From the NCBI GenBank assembly GCA_028283625.1, contig JAPWKG010000010.1, positions 96-64,095 on the forward strand: a stretch of 64,000 nt of DNA. The letters are read 5' to 3'. The DNA is from Acidobacteriaceae bacterium. Lineage in GTDB: Bacteria > Acidobacteriota > Terriglobia > Terriglobales > Acidobacteriaceae. Position numbers and translations under genes: made by a program. Below are positions 47,055 to 56,245 of this stretch, piece after piece; the first letter of the stretch is position 1, and each line of letters opens with the position of its first letter. Below the pieces are notes generated by a model. It did no database searches. It was given only the letters and a program-made list of their open reading frames with translations, and was not told where the DNA came from.

Positions 47055-47201
47055 TGTTTTTCTCCGTTACTTCTTTTTTGTCTGAAATGGATTGCTTATG
47101 TTGACTTCACCTAGAACGTTTCCGCTCTAAGCTGCCATCCCTTCCGCCCGGTTTCCGTTGCGCCAGACAAGCGCCCCGGACGGCTGGAACAGCAAAACCT
47201 G

Positions 47202-47870
47202 TTAGCCTTCCGCCGGAGCGGTATCGGCTGCTTCGCCGGCCTGCGAGGCCGTCGAGTTCTCGGGCTGAGCCGCACCGGAAGGCTGCTCGCCTGCCGCTGC
47301 TTCCTCTGCGTGCGCTGCTTCGACCGAAGCCGCAGGAGCCGCACCGCCAAGCTTGTTCTGCTCGACCGCCTGATTGATCACCACTGCCAGGTCGCGACCC
47401 GCTGCGTTGATCACCGTCGCCAGGCGCTGAGCCGGAGCATTGATGAGGAACAGCAGCTTCGCAAAGAGCTCTTCCTTGCCCGGCAGACTTGCCAGAGCCT
47501 GGACCTCGTTTACGTCGATGACCTTGCCATCAACGATGCCGAGCTTGAAGGTGAACTCAGCGTTCGTCTTCACCCACTCCGAAAGAGCCTTAGCCAGAGC
47601 CACGGGATCGCCGGACGTGTAAGCCACCGAGGAAACACCCTTGAGACCCTGCAGAGCAGCCTCAACCTTGGTGCCCTTGGAGGAGTGAGCCGCCAGCTTG
47701 TTCTTTACCACGTGATAGTGGCCACCTGCTCCGCGGACCACCTTGCGCAGCTCGAAATCCTTCGAAGCGGTCAGGCCCTTGAAGGTGCCGATGATCGCCG
47801 AGGTCGAGCTCTCGAGTTCCTTTGCAAGGAACTGAACCTTCTCGTTCTTTTTCGCCTTGGTCAATGCCAT
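47202..47870 (-). CDS. rplJ: 50S ribosomal protein L10 with C-terminal extension
   Basis: [16 protein letters not shown]; position between rplA and rplL. Confidence 0.95.
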   Translation of the reverse strand: MALTKAKKNEKVQFLAKELESSTSAIIGTFKGLTASKDFELRKVVRGAGGHYHVVKNKLAAHSSKGTKVEAALQGLKGVSSVAYTSGDPVALAKALSEWVKTNAEFTFKLGIVDGKVIDVNEVQALASLPGKEELFAKLLFLINAPAQRLATVINAAGRDLAVVINQAVEQNKLGGAAPAASVEAAHAEEAAAGEQPSGAAQPENSTASQAGEAADTAPAEG

Positions 47871-47942
47871 GGGAATTCCTGCCTTCATTGCTGACACAGA
47901 GTCAGCTAAAATTCTGGGCGCCGGAGATGCCGGCGCGGATCG

Positions 47943-48656
47943 TTACGCCTTGCCGGCTGCTTCCGCCGTGGCTGCCTCGAGCTCGACGCCGGGGCCCATG
48001 GTGGAGGAAAGGACGATGCGCTTCACATACTTACCCTTAGCAGCCGAAGGCTTCGCCTTGACCACAGCCGAGATCACGCTCAGAGCGTTCTCAGCAATCT
48101 TCTCAGGGGTGAAGCTCAGCTTGCCTACCGGAACGTGCACGAGCGAAGTCTTGTCGGCGCGGAACTCCACCTTACCCGCCTTGATCTCAGCGATCGCGGA
48201 AGCAACATCGGTGGTTACCGTGCCGGTCTTCGGGTTCGGCATCAGGCCGCGGGGACCGAGCACCTTACCAAGCTTACCGACCGAGCGCATCATATCGGGG
48301 GTCGCGATCAGAGCGTCAAAGCCGGTCCAGGATTCCTTCTGAATCTTCTCAACCAGATCCTCGCCGCCGACAAACTCAGCGCCTGCTGCTTCAGCCGCGC
48401 GCAGGTTCTCACCGCTGGCGATTACTGCGACGACCTTCGACTTGCCACCGAGACCGTGGGGCAGAACCACTGTGCCGCGAACCATCTGGTCAGCGTGACG
48501 GGTATCGACGCCGAGACGCAGGGTCAGGTCGACGGTCTCATCAAACTTGGCAAACTTAGCCTGCTGCAGAACCGGGATCGCGTCCTGGAGGCTGTACGGA
48601 CGCTGCTCAACGAGCGCGCGCGCCTTCGCTACATTCTTCGAAACTTTACGTGCCAT
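47943..48656 (-). CDS. rplA: 50S ribosomal protein L1
   Basis: [26 protein letters not shown] and STMGPG motifs. Confidence 0.98.
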   Translation of the reverse strand: MARKVSKNVAKARALVEQRPYSLQDAIPVLQQAKFAKFDETVDLTLRLGVDTRHADQMVRGTVVLPHGLGGKSKVVAVIASGENLRAAEAAGAEFVGGEDLVEKIQKESWTGFDALIATPDMMRSVGKLGKVLGPRGLMPNPKTGTVTTDVASAIAEIKAGKVEFRADKTSLVHVPVGKLSFTPEKIAENALSVISAVVKAKPSAAKGKYVKRIVLSSTMGPGVELEAATAEAAGKA

Positions 48657-48780
48657 GAATTCTCTCTACTGGTCTTCCACCCCGGTTCCCTCTTCACGGC
48701 TGGCGCCGGCGGGACATGCGGTGATCTGCATGGGCGTGGTTTCGACTGGGAGCCTGCAGGGTATGCAGGCAACCCTCTAA

Positions 48781-48809
48781 GTATGCAGTAACGGCGGCAT
48801 CACGTCAAG
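48781..48809 (-). promoter_or_regulatory. Sigma70-like promoter for rplA
   Basis: Minus strand TTGACG-17 nt-CATACT about 125 nt upstream of the rplA start. Confidence 0.7.
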
Positions 48810-48843
48810 CACAGCCGATGTTTTTCTGCAAGGCGGCACCTCT

Positions 48844-48884
48844 TGCTTCTTCTGGCTCAGGGCTGCTTCCTTCTGACTCAGGGC
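48844..48884. repeat. Two-copy 20/21-bp tandem repeat
   Basis: tgcttc-ttctggctcagggc / tgcttccttctgactcagggc. Confidence 0.6.
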
Positions 48885-48975
48885 CGCCGGGGAACCCAGA
48901 GCTCAAAAAAGTAATTGGATTCCGACGCAGGAGCGGCTAGCTGGTAATGAGCACGCACGTATTCCCGAAAACATC

Positions 48976-49004
48976 TTGACACCGCCTTCGCTGAGCCGTA
49001 CTGT
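48976..49004 (+). promoter_or_regulatory. Sigma70-like promoter for radical SAM gene
   Basis: TTGACA-17 nt-TACTGT. Confidence 0.7.
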
Positions 49005-49025
49005 CACTCCTATCGGAGCGAAGAA

Positions 49026-50147
49026 ATGGCGAAAACAAATCATAGCCCCGCACTCTTCCCCATTCTCGATCAGGGCCCTTCAGGGATGGCTCGACTTGCC
49101 GCCGAAGCCACCCATGCCGATGAAGGGCACCTGATCGAGTTCAAGGCCATGCGCGCCCGCTCACTGCTCAACCACTCCGTCTCCAAACGGATGGGCTGGG
49201 TGGCCTGGTCGATCAACCCGTATCGAGGCTGCGAGTTCGCCTGCAAGTACTGCTATGCGCGTTATACCCATGAGTTTCTGCGCCCGGAACCGGTGGCCGC
49301 CGTTCCTCCGGGAGCGTATGACGCGCCTCAGCAAAGCTGGGCACTCGCCTTCGAGCGGGAGATCTATCTGAAAGAAAATGCTGCCTGGCTACTCGAACAG
49401 GAGTTGCGCCGCATCGACCCGGCACAGGAGATCGCCCTGGGAACCGCAACCGACCCCTATCAGCCCATCGAGCGGCGAGTCGGCATTACGCGGTCCCTGC
49501 TGGAGGTCTTCGCCCGGCAGGAAAACCTGCGGCTGGGTATTGTCACAAAATCGCGGTTGATTGAACGGGATATCGATCTGTTGCGCCAGATTTCGCATCG
49601 CAATCATCTGGTCGTACACCTCACCATCACAACGACCAATGCATCGCTGGCTCGCTTACTGGAACCGCGTGCGCCACGCCCGGAGCTGCGGTTTGGTGCG
49701 GTACGCAAGCTGCGCGAGGCCGGTATCACTGCCGGCGTGCTCTGCTCTCCGCTGCTCTACGGGTTGAATGACTCGGTCGACTCGATCTTTTCCGTCGCGC
49801 GAGAAGCCGCGGCCGTGGGCGCCAGCTTTTTGGGAGGTCATCCGCTTTTTCTCAAGTCGTGCTCGCGCCCTACGTATCTTGGCTTCATCCGTGAGCACTT
49901 CCCTCACCTGCTTGCCGAGTACGAACGCCGTTTCCGGACAGAGGATTTTGCAGACAGCCAATACCGCCGGGAGATGGCTGTGCGTTTGCGCTCAGCTTGC
50001 CGGAAGTTCAACCTTGCGGAACGCTCCACCGATGCACTGCTGAGCCGGGATGCGGGCTCAGCCAGCGCCGCCGAGGCGATGCGCACGAGCAGGCCAGGGC
50101 CGCAACCAGTGCGCGTTGCGCCACAGCAGACCTCGCTCTTTGCCTAA
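49026..50147 (+). CDS. Radical SAM protein, Rv2578c/PA0069 (SplB-like) family
   Basis: INPYRGCEFACKYCYAR (CX3CX2C), TATDPYQPIE, TKS and LEPRAP motifs. Confidence 0.9.
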   Translation: MAKTNHSPALFPILDQGPSGMARLAAEATHADEGHLIEFKAMRARSLLNHSVSKRMGWVAWSINPYRGCEFACKYCYARYTHEFLRPEPVAAVPPGAYDAPQQSWALAFEREIYLKENAAWLLEQELRRIDPAQEIALGTATDPYQPIERRVGITRSLLEVFARQENLRLGIVTKSRLIERDIDLLRQISHRNHLVVHLTITTTNASLARLLEPRAPRPELRFGAVRKLREAGITAGVLCSPLLYGLNDSVDSIFSVAREAAAVGASFLGGHPLFLKSCSRPTYLGFIREHFPHLLAEYERRFRTEDFADSQYRREMAVRLRSACRKFNLAERSTDALLSRDAGSASAAEAMRTSRPGPQPVRVAPQQTSLFA

Positions 50148-50700
50148 ACCGTTTTGGGTACGCACACGGGGAGACACTGCCTCGCCCATAGAAAAAGCCA
50201 CCGCCGTGTATCCGGCACAGCCCCCGTGCGTGAAACAGGAGTTATGCCGAGAAGACACCCATGGACGGAAGTACAAACGTACACGGCGGTGGTGCGAGTA
50301 AACCCGAAGAAAAAGACAGCAGCGAACAGGCGCGCTCAGGCGCCTGCGCCTGCTTCTACCGCGAAGGCTGCGAAGCTGCCGAATGCGGGAAGCTTTGCAG
50401 CGGCGAGTGCGCGCTGAGCGCACTCCACCACGGCCAAAACGATGAGCGGAGGGCAGGCCTCTGAAGTACCGTAGCCCGGACACGCTCCCTGACCGGCACA
50501 ACGCGCGGCAAAGCGGCGTGCGGCATTGGGGCAGGACGGGCACCGGTTGGTGCAGGCGGTTTCTTTATGCAGAATGTGAAACGGCATCAGCAAACACTTC
50601 CCTTCGCAAGTGTTTCCAGCTTCTGCCTGTCCGCGAAGCTTTGCGGTGACCGTCATCACACGTTCTGTCACGATTCTGTATGGGCGCTGTAAAACACCGC

Positions 50701-51162
50701 TCAAATCAAGGCGATCCACCGCGTCAGCCGTTCGTCGAACGAATGCGCTCGCACCCTGCGCAACGAGGCCAGGCGTGTCCGTTGCTCGGGGGTCAGGATG
50801 GCCAGCAGAGCGAAGCGGAGCTTCTCGCGTTCGACAAGAATGTCCGCCGCCGTCTCCTGCTGCTGTTGGGCGATCTGCCGGATGGTGGCCTCATCAAACG
50901 TCGTCAACGCCGCCAGACGCTGGCTCTGTACCTGACGCCGGGCGGAAAGCTCGTCGAGACGCGGTTTCTCCGCAGTGAGAAGATTGCGCACCTTCTCACG
51001 CTGCGCATCGGTCAGGCTCAGATCGCGTTCTACCGTTGCCACAATCATGCGCGCCGCCCGCTCGTGAAACCAGCCGCTCTCCGAAGCCTGCTGCGCAAAG
51101 GCAGCGGTGCCGATTGCAAGCAGTACGGCCGTAACAACCGCAGGAACAAGATGCTTTTCCAT
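50701..51162 (-). CDS. Spy/CpxP family periplasmic chaperone
   Basis: Signal peptide; two LTxxQ motifs (LTDAQ, LTPEQ); divergent from a two-component pair. Confidence 0.85.
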   Translation of the reverse strand: MEKHLVPAVVTAVLLAIGTAAFAQQASESGWFHERAARMIVATVERDLSLTDAQREKVRNLLTAEKPRLDELSARRQVQSQRLAALTTFDEATIRQIAQQQQETAADILVEREKLRFALLAILTPEQRTRLASLRRVRAHSFDERLTRWIALI

Positions 51163-51318
51163 GGGACTTCCCTCCAGGTTGCGGCCTTCAGGCCGCCTCT
51201 CTATCGAAACCCGGCCTGAAGGGCTACGCCGTCAGGAACTGTCGTCGGCACGCAAGTGCAAATCCTGACAAATCGGCGCGCTAAAGCGCGCGCGTTCGCC
51301 GTACCTTAGGAGAGAACT

Positions 51319-52056
51319 ATGCCTGAAGCGCAGAAGTCCTCTCCAGCCACGCAGGCAGCAGCAGCCAGGCTGCTGCTGATCGATGACGACCGCCAGCTTA
51401 CAGCCTCTCTGGAGCGCCTGCTGCGGCTGGAAGGTCTTGCAGCCGACTCCGTACACACCGCGCAGGAGGGAGAGGCCGCTGCACTTTCTCACCCCTATGC
51501 GCTGATCGTGCTGGACGTGATGCTGCCGGGAGGCGATGGCCGTGTTCTGCTGCGAAAGCTGCGCGCACGCACCGACGTTCCCATCATCATGCTGACGGCG
51601 CGCGGCGACGATCACGATCGCATCCTCGGTCTGGAGGCCGGCGCCGATGACTACCTACCGAAACCCTTCCAGGTTCGCGAGCTGATTGCTCGCATCCGCG
51701 CCGTGCTCAAACGGCAGGGCGCGCGCTCCAATGCAACCCACTCCACGACTGTTGGCGATCTGGAAATTCAACCGGTGACGCGACGCATCCTGCAACACGG
51801 TATCGAGGTACAGCTGACCGGCGCGGAGTTCGACATTCTGATGCTGCTGGTGCAGTCGGGCGGCAAAGCCGTCTCGCGCGACACCCTTGCCGAGGCGTGC
51901 CTTGGGCGCTCCATCGGCCCCTTTGACCGCTCCGTGGACAACCACATCTCAAACCTCCGGAAGAAGCTTGGAGCCACAACGGATGCAGGCATCGAGCGCA
52001 TTCGCAGCCTGCGCGGCACAGGCTATATCTACACCGGGGTAGAAACCACGGCATGA
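51319..52056 (+). CDS. OmpR-family response regulator (CpxR-like)
   Basis: LLIDDD, LDVMLP, GADDYLPKPF; winged-helix 'DRSVDNHISNLRKKL'. Confidence 0.93.
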   Translation: MPEAQKSSPATQAAAARLLLIDDDRQLTASLERLLRLEGLAADSVHTAQEGEAAALSHPYALIVLDVMLPGGDGRVLLRKLRARTDVPIIMLTARGDDHDRILGLEAGADDYLPKPFQVRELIARIRAVLKRQGARSNATHSTTVGDLEIQPVTRRILQHGIEVQLTGAEFDILMLLVQSGGKAVSRDTLAEACLGRSIGPFDRSVDNHISNLRKKLGATTDAGIERIRSLRGTGYIYTGVETTA

Positions 52057-53426
52057 GGCCGCTGCGCTCCGTCTACGCAAAGATCTTCGGCTGGTTCTGG
52101 CTCACACTGTTTGTCGGCGGCCTGCTGGTCGTGCTCATCACGGCGTTTTCCGGAGACACCCCTTTTGGGCGACGCTGGATACGGATGACACAGACGCTCT
52201 ATGCCAACTCCGCGATGGACTTCTACACCACGGGCGGGGCCGCGGGGCTGGACCGGTACCTCGACACGCTGGAACGCAGCTCCCACATGGAGGGTGCCCT
52301 GCTCGACGAGCAGCTCCATTCTGTCTCCACGGCCGCGGTGCCGCCGGATGTCGGCCATGTGCTGGCGCGTTCGCAGCGAACGGGCGCGGCCTCGCTCTTT
52401 TTGAGCAGAAGCTGGACAGCGGCCACGCCGGTCGATACGCCGGACGGACGACGCTTCTTCTTCGTCCTCGAGGTGCTTCCGCAGAGAGGCTTTGTCGACG
52501 GCACATTTCTTCGCCCCGCGCTCAGTCGCCTTTTGCTGGGCATGGTCATTGCGGCGCTCTTCTGTGCTCTGATTACGCGGCACCTGGTGCGGCCGATCCG
52601 CGAGCTGCAGGCAGCCTCACTCAAGCTTGCGGACGGCGATCTTTCCGCGCGCGTTTCGCCCGCGGTGCGAGCACGTAAGGATGAGTTGGCCGAAACGGCT
52701 CGCGCCTTCGACCTGATGGCCGAGCGCGTGGAAACGCTTGTGGAACGGAGGCAGGAGATGCTGGCCGATATCTCTCACGAGTTGCGCTCGCCGCTGACAA
52801 GGCTCTCCGTCTCGCTCGAACTTCTGCGCGCCGGAGAAACCGATGTCTACGACGCGATGGAGGCAGACATCGCTCGCATGAACACGATGATCGGGCAGAT
52901 TCTGATGCTGGGCCGGCTTGACCTGGAGCAGGCGTTCCTCCCTACCCCCGTAGAACTTGCTCCGGTTCTGCACGCTGTCGTTCACGATGCCGACTTCGAG
53001 GCCATGGGAAGTGAGAAGCGTGTGGCATTGCTTGTGGAAGCAGAGGAGATCTGCCAGGTCTCCGGGGATGTCGCGCTGTTGCGTTCGCTCTTCGAGAACG
53101 TGATAAGGAATGCGGTGCGATATACGGACGAAAAAACAACCGTCGAGGTACGGCTCGCTGAGGCCCAAACGCACTACTCCATCACCATCGCTGACCGGGG
53201 CCCGGGGGTTCCACCTGAGAGCCTGCGCAAGCTCTTCGAACCGTTTTTCCGCGTAGAACAGGCCCGAGAGCATCATCAGGGCGGCACCGGGCTGGGCCTC
53301 TCCCTGGCACAGCGCATCGCGGGGCTGCATGGCGGCAGCATTGAGGCCGAGAACCGGACCGAGGGTCGGGGGCTGATTGTAACCATCCTGTTGCCCTGCG
53401 CCCGGGCTCTGCGCGCGATACAGTAA
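52053..53426 (+). CDS. HAMP sensor histidine kinase (CpxA-like)
   Basis: Two TM segments, HAMP, DISHELRSPLTRL, ENVIRNAVRY and GTGLGL. Confidence 0.93.
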   Translation: MRPLRSVYAKIFGWFWLTLFVGGLLVVLITAFSGDTPFGRRWIRMTQTLYANSAMDFYTTGGAAGLDRYLDTLERSSHMEGALLDEQLHSVSTAAVPPDVGHVLARSQRTGAASLFLSRSWTAATPVDTPDGRRFFFVLEVLPQRGFVDGTFLRPALSRLLLGMVIAALFCALITRHLVRPIRELQAASLKLADGDLSARVSPAVRARKDELAETARAFDLMAERVETLVERRQEMLADISHELRSPLTRLSVSLELLRAGETDVYDAMEADIARMNTMIGQILMLGRLDLEQAFLPTPVELAPVLHAVVHDADFEAMGSEKRVALLVEAEEICQVSGDVALLRSLFENVIRNAVRYTDEKTTVEVRLAEAQTHYSITIADRGPGVPPESLRKLFEPFFRVEQAREHHQGGTGLGLSLAQRIAGLHGGSIEAENRTEGRGLIVTILLPCARALRAIQ

Positions 53427-53432
53427 GAAGCG

Positions 53433-54605
53433 ATGAACCTTGATGCACTGCAATCGGCTCTGCGTGACCAGCACCTCGACGGCTGGCTGTTTTATGACCA
53501 CCACCAGCGGGACCCGATCGCGTACCGCATTCTTGGTCTTCCCCTCTCGTTCGTCTCACGCCGCTGGTACTACTATGTTCCGGCGCAGGGCGAGCCGAAG
53601 AAGCTTGTACACCGCATTGAAGCGGGCAAGCTGGATTCTCTGCCCGGGGAAAAGGAAGAGTACTCTTCCTGGCAGGAGCTTGAGGCCAAGCTGGAAGCGA
53701 TGCTGCGCGGCAGCAAGACAATCGCCATGCAGTTCTCTCCGCGCAATGCCATCATGTACGTTTCCATGGTGGACGCAGGCACAGTGGACCTGGTGCGCTC
53801 GTTCGGCAAGGATGTTCGCTCGTCCGCGGATCTGGTCAGCATCTTTGAAGCCGTTTTGACCGAAGCTCAGATCGAAACCCATTTCGCGGCACAACGCAAG
53901 CTGGACGGCGTACTGCAGGCGGCCTGGAAGCACATTGGCGAGAACGTACGCGCCAAGCGTGAACTGACCGAGTTCGATGTTGTTCGTTTCCTGCTCGAAG
54001 GCATCGAGCGAGAGGGGCTGTTCAGCGACCATGGGCCGAACTGCTCGGTAGGCCCGAACGCCGCCGACTCGCACTACGAACCCACCGCCGAGCTTTCGCG
54101 CCCGATCCGCAGTGGCGACTTCGTGCTGATCGATGTGTGGGCCAAGCTGGCAAACGATCCGAAGGCTGTCTGGTACGACATCACCTGGACAGGCGTCGTA
54201 GATCGCGAACCGACCGAGCGCGAGCAGAACATCTTCCAGATTGTGAAGGGCGCGCGCGATGCCGCGATTGCCCGCGTGGAAACCGCTTATGCAGCCAACG
54301 AGCCAATCGCAGGCTGGCAAGCCGATGACGCTGCACGCAATGTGATTCTTGCAGCAGGCATGGGCCAGTGGTTTACCCATCGCACCGGGCACAACATTGC
54401 CGTGGAGCTGCATGGCAACGGAGCTCACCTGGACAACCTGGAAACGCACGATGAGCGTCTGCTGTTGCCCAATACCTGCTTCTCCATCGAACCGGGACTG
54501 TACTTCCCCGGCGAGTTTGGCGTCCGCAGCGAAGTGAATATGATCACTCGTCCCGGGAAAGCGGTCGTCTCCGGTCCTTGCCAAACAGAGCTTCTGCGCA
54601 TTTGA
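53433..54605 (+). CDS. M24 family metallopeptidase (Xaa-Pro aminopeptidase-like)
   Basis: LIDVWAK...DIT, HRTGH, SIEPGLY and GVRSE motifs. Confidence 0.9.
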   Translation: MNLDALQSALRDQHLDGWLFYDHHQRDPIAYRILGLPLSFVSRRWYYYVPAQGEPKKLVHRIEAGKLDSLPGEKEEYSSWQELEAKLEAMLRGSKTIAMQFSPRNAIMYVSMVDAGTVDLVRSFGKDVRSSADLVSIFEAVLTEAQIETHFAAQRKLDGVLQAAWKHIGENVRAKRELTEFDVVRFLLEGIEREGLFSDHGPNCSVGPNAADSHYEPTAELSRPIRSGDFVLIDVWAKLANDPKAVWYDITWTGVVDREPTEREQNIFQIVKGARDAAIARVETAYAANEPIAGWQADDAARNVILAAGMGQWFTHRTGHNIAVELHGNGAHLDNLETHDERLLLPNTCFSIEPGLYFPGEFGVRSEVNMITRPGKAVVSGPCQTELLRI

Positions 54606-54645
54606 GCGCAGAAATGAGCCAAGAAAGGCGATAGAATTGCCAGCG

Positions 54646-55065
54646 ATGGCCGTATCCAACTCGCAGCGAATGGTCCAGCGTGTGCCTGGCGAAAAAACCT
54701 CTCTTCCCATGCTGGCTTTGCTGGCTGGTTGGCTCGTGCCGGGCGCGGGACACGTTCTGGTTCGTAAACCGATCCGTGCGGCACTGCTGTTTGTAGCCAT
54801 CGGTGGCATGTATGTGACCGGATTGGCGCTGCAGGGCAAGGTTTACTCGCTGGGCAGCGGCGATATCTTCGACATGCTCGGCTTTGTCGGACAGCTCGGC
54901 AGCGGGATCCTGTTCATGCTCACCAAGACCATGGGCTGGGGAGCTGCCGCAGCCACCACCACGCTTTCCGATTACGGCAGCAAGTTCCTGATCTGCGCCG
55001 GTTTGCTCAACCTGATCGCCGCAGTGGATGCTCATTCGCTGGCCAGCGGCAGAAAGGCTTCCTAA
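54646..55065 (+). CDS. Membrane protein (DUF6677-like)
   Basis: 'LAGWLVPGAGH' and 'AGLLNLIAAVDA'; hydrophobic. Confidence 0.7.
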   Translation: MAVSNSQRMVQRVPGEKTSLPMLALLAGWLVPGAGHVLVRKPIRAALLFVAIGGMYVTGLALQGKVYSLGSGDIFDMLGFVGQLGSGILFMLTKTMGWGAAAATTTLSDYGSKFLICAGLLNLIAAVDAHSLASGRKAS

Positions 55066-55067
55066 CC

Positions 55068-55238
55068 ATGAGCCACTTTTCTGCTGTCCTGCTCTTTGCG
55101 TTGTTCACCTCGATCGTCTTCGGCATTACGCAGCGCACGGAGCCGAAGTCGATGATCCGCTTCGGTACGTATTGCTTTGTGCTGTTTGTCGGGGGCGTGG
55201 TCGTGGCCAGCTGGCTGATGTGGGCGATCAAGCACTAA
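55068..55238 (+). CDS. Small 56-aa two-TM protein
   Basis: Translated by hand: MSHFSAVLLFALFTSIVFGITQRTEPKSMIRFGTYCFVLFVGGVVVASWLMWAIKH; starts 2 nt after the upstream stop. Confidence 0.7.
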   Translation: MSHFSAVLLFALFTSIVFGITQRTEPKSMIRFGTYCFVLFVGGVVVASWLMWAIKH

Positions 55239-55291
55239 CTTCGGTCCCAACGCACTCTCTAACAAGCCGCAGCCTTCGTGCTGCGGCTTAT

Positions 55292-56245
55292 CTACTGCTG
55301 CGTCGAGCTGCCGAACGAGGATCCGCTGCTGGAGCTGGATCCGAAGCTACTGGAGCTGGACGATCCGAAGCTGCTGGAACTCGATGAGCCAAAGCTGCTG
55401 GAAGAACCGAAGCTGCTGGAGCCGCTCGACCCACTCGAACCGGTGCTGCCCGAAGCCCCCAGGCTGCCAAGGCTGGTTGCCGAGGAAGACCCCATGCTGC
55501 CGCCCAGAATGTTGACATTTTTCTTCAGCAGCTCGATGCGGGGGTCGTACCAGAACTCCCAGGTCTCATAGGTCGTTTGCTGGTTGGGAGTCAGGATGGA
55601 GTTGCCGGTGCGGTTGGTTCCGACACCGACGATGATGCCACCACCGCCCGAATCACCAAACATACCCCCTTCGGAGCTGCTGGAAGAACCTGTCGAAGAA
55701 GTGGCTCCGGAGCTGCCTGTCGAGCCGGAGGTACCGCCGATCGTGGCCTGATCGAAACCGCTGGCAAGCCCCCCGGCGCTAATGGTGGAGGCCGCAACGC
55801 CGGTGCCTCCCGCCGAGGTCATGCCCGCAGCGGAGCCGAGGTTGCCGCCCGCGCCGCCGCCGATGGCGGAAAGCTCCTGCCCGAAGAACCCTTTGACGGT
55901 CGTCTTCTGCTCGCCCTGATGAATGATCCGGTACTCATCGCCGGTAAGAGGATCTTTGTACTTCTGGCGCAGGTAGCGAACGTTGTTTGTACTCTCCAAC
56001 GCTTTGATCGAAGGAGGATAACCACTGTTCTTGCGGTAGTAGAGCTGGATGGCCCGCACATACTCTTCCATGCGATGCTCTGATTCCACCTCTTTATCGC
56101 GGCGCAGATCCTTGGCGATGATCGGCGCGGCGACCGAGAGCGCGATGAGCACGACCGCGCACATCACCACAACAGCCAGCAACAGGAAACCGTCTTCTCC
56201 GTTGCGGGAGTGTCGTGTTGAGGACGTTTCTCGCATCACCGTCAT
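55292..56245 (-). CDS. Prepilin-like (pseudopilin) protein with Gly/Ser-rich tail
   Basis: 'EDG|FLLLAVVVM' class III signal peptide; 'YLRQKYKDPLT'; last gene of the pil-like operon. Confidence 0.75.
   Translation of the reverse strand: MTVMRETSSTRHSRNGEDGFLLLAVVVMCAVVLIALSVAAPIIAKDLRRDKEVESEHRMEEYVRAIQLYYRKNSGYPPSIKALESTNNVRYLRQKYKDPLTGDEYRIIHQGEQKTTVKGFFGQELSAIGGGAGGNLGSAAGMTSAGGTGVAASTISAGGLASGFDQATIGGTSGSTGSSGATSSTGSSSSSEGGMFGDSGGGGIIVGVGTNRTGNSILTPNQQTTYETWEFWYDPRIELLKKNVNILGGSMGSSSATSLGSLGASGSTGSSGSSGSSSFGSSSSFGSSSSSSFGSSSSSSFGSSSSSGSSFGSSTQQ
55300..55470 (-). repeat. Imperfect tandem coding repeats (SnFG units)
   Basis: Plus strand recurring 'ccgaagctgctgga' units at about 18-24 bp spacing. 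Confidence 0.7.

Noticed and set aside
50336-50587. CX3CX2C-containing peptide as a RiPP precursor for the adjacent radical SAM enzyme
   Set aside because: The enzyme is of the Rv2578c/SplB repair type with no SPASM or RRE domain, and the ORF is convergent and unsupported.
55278-55571. Plus-strand ORF with EPKLL repeats, and a possible CRISPR-like repeat
   Set aside because: It is the antisense reading of the Ser-FG tail. The repeats are imperfect and coding, with no unique spacers and no cas genes.
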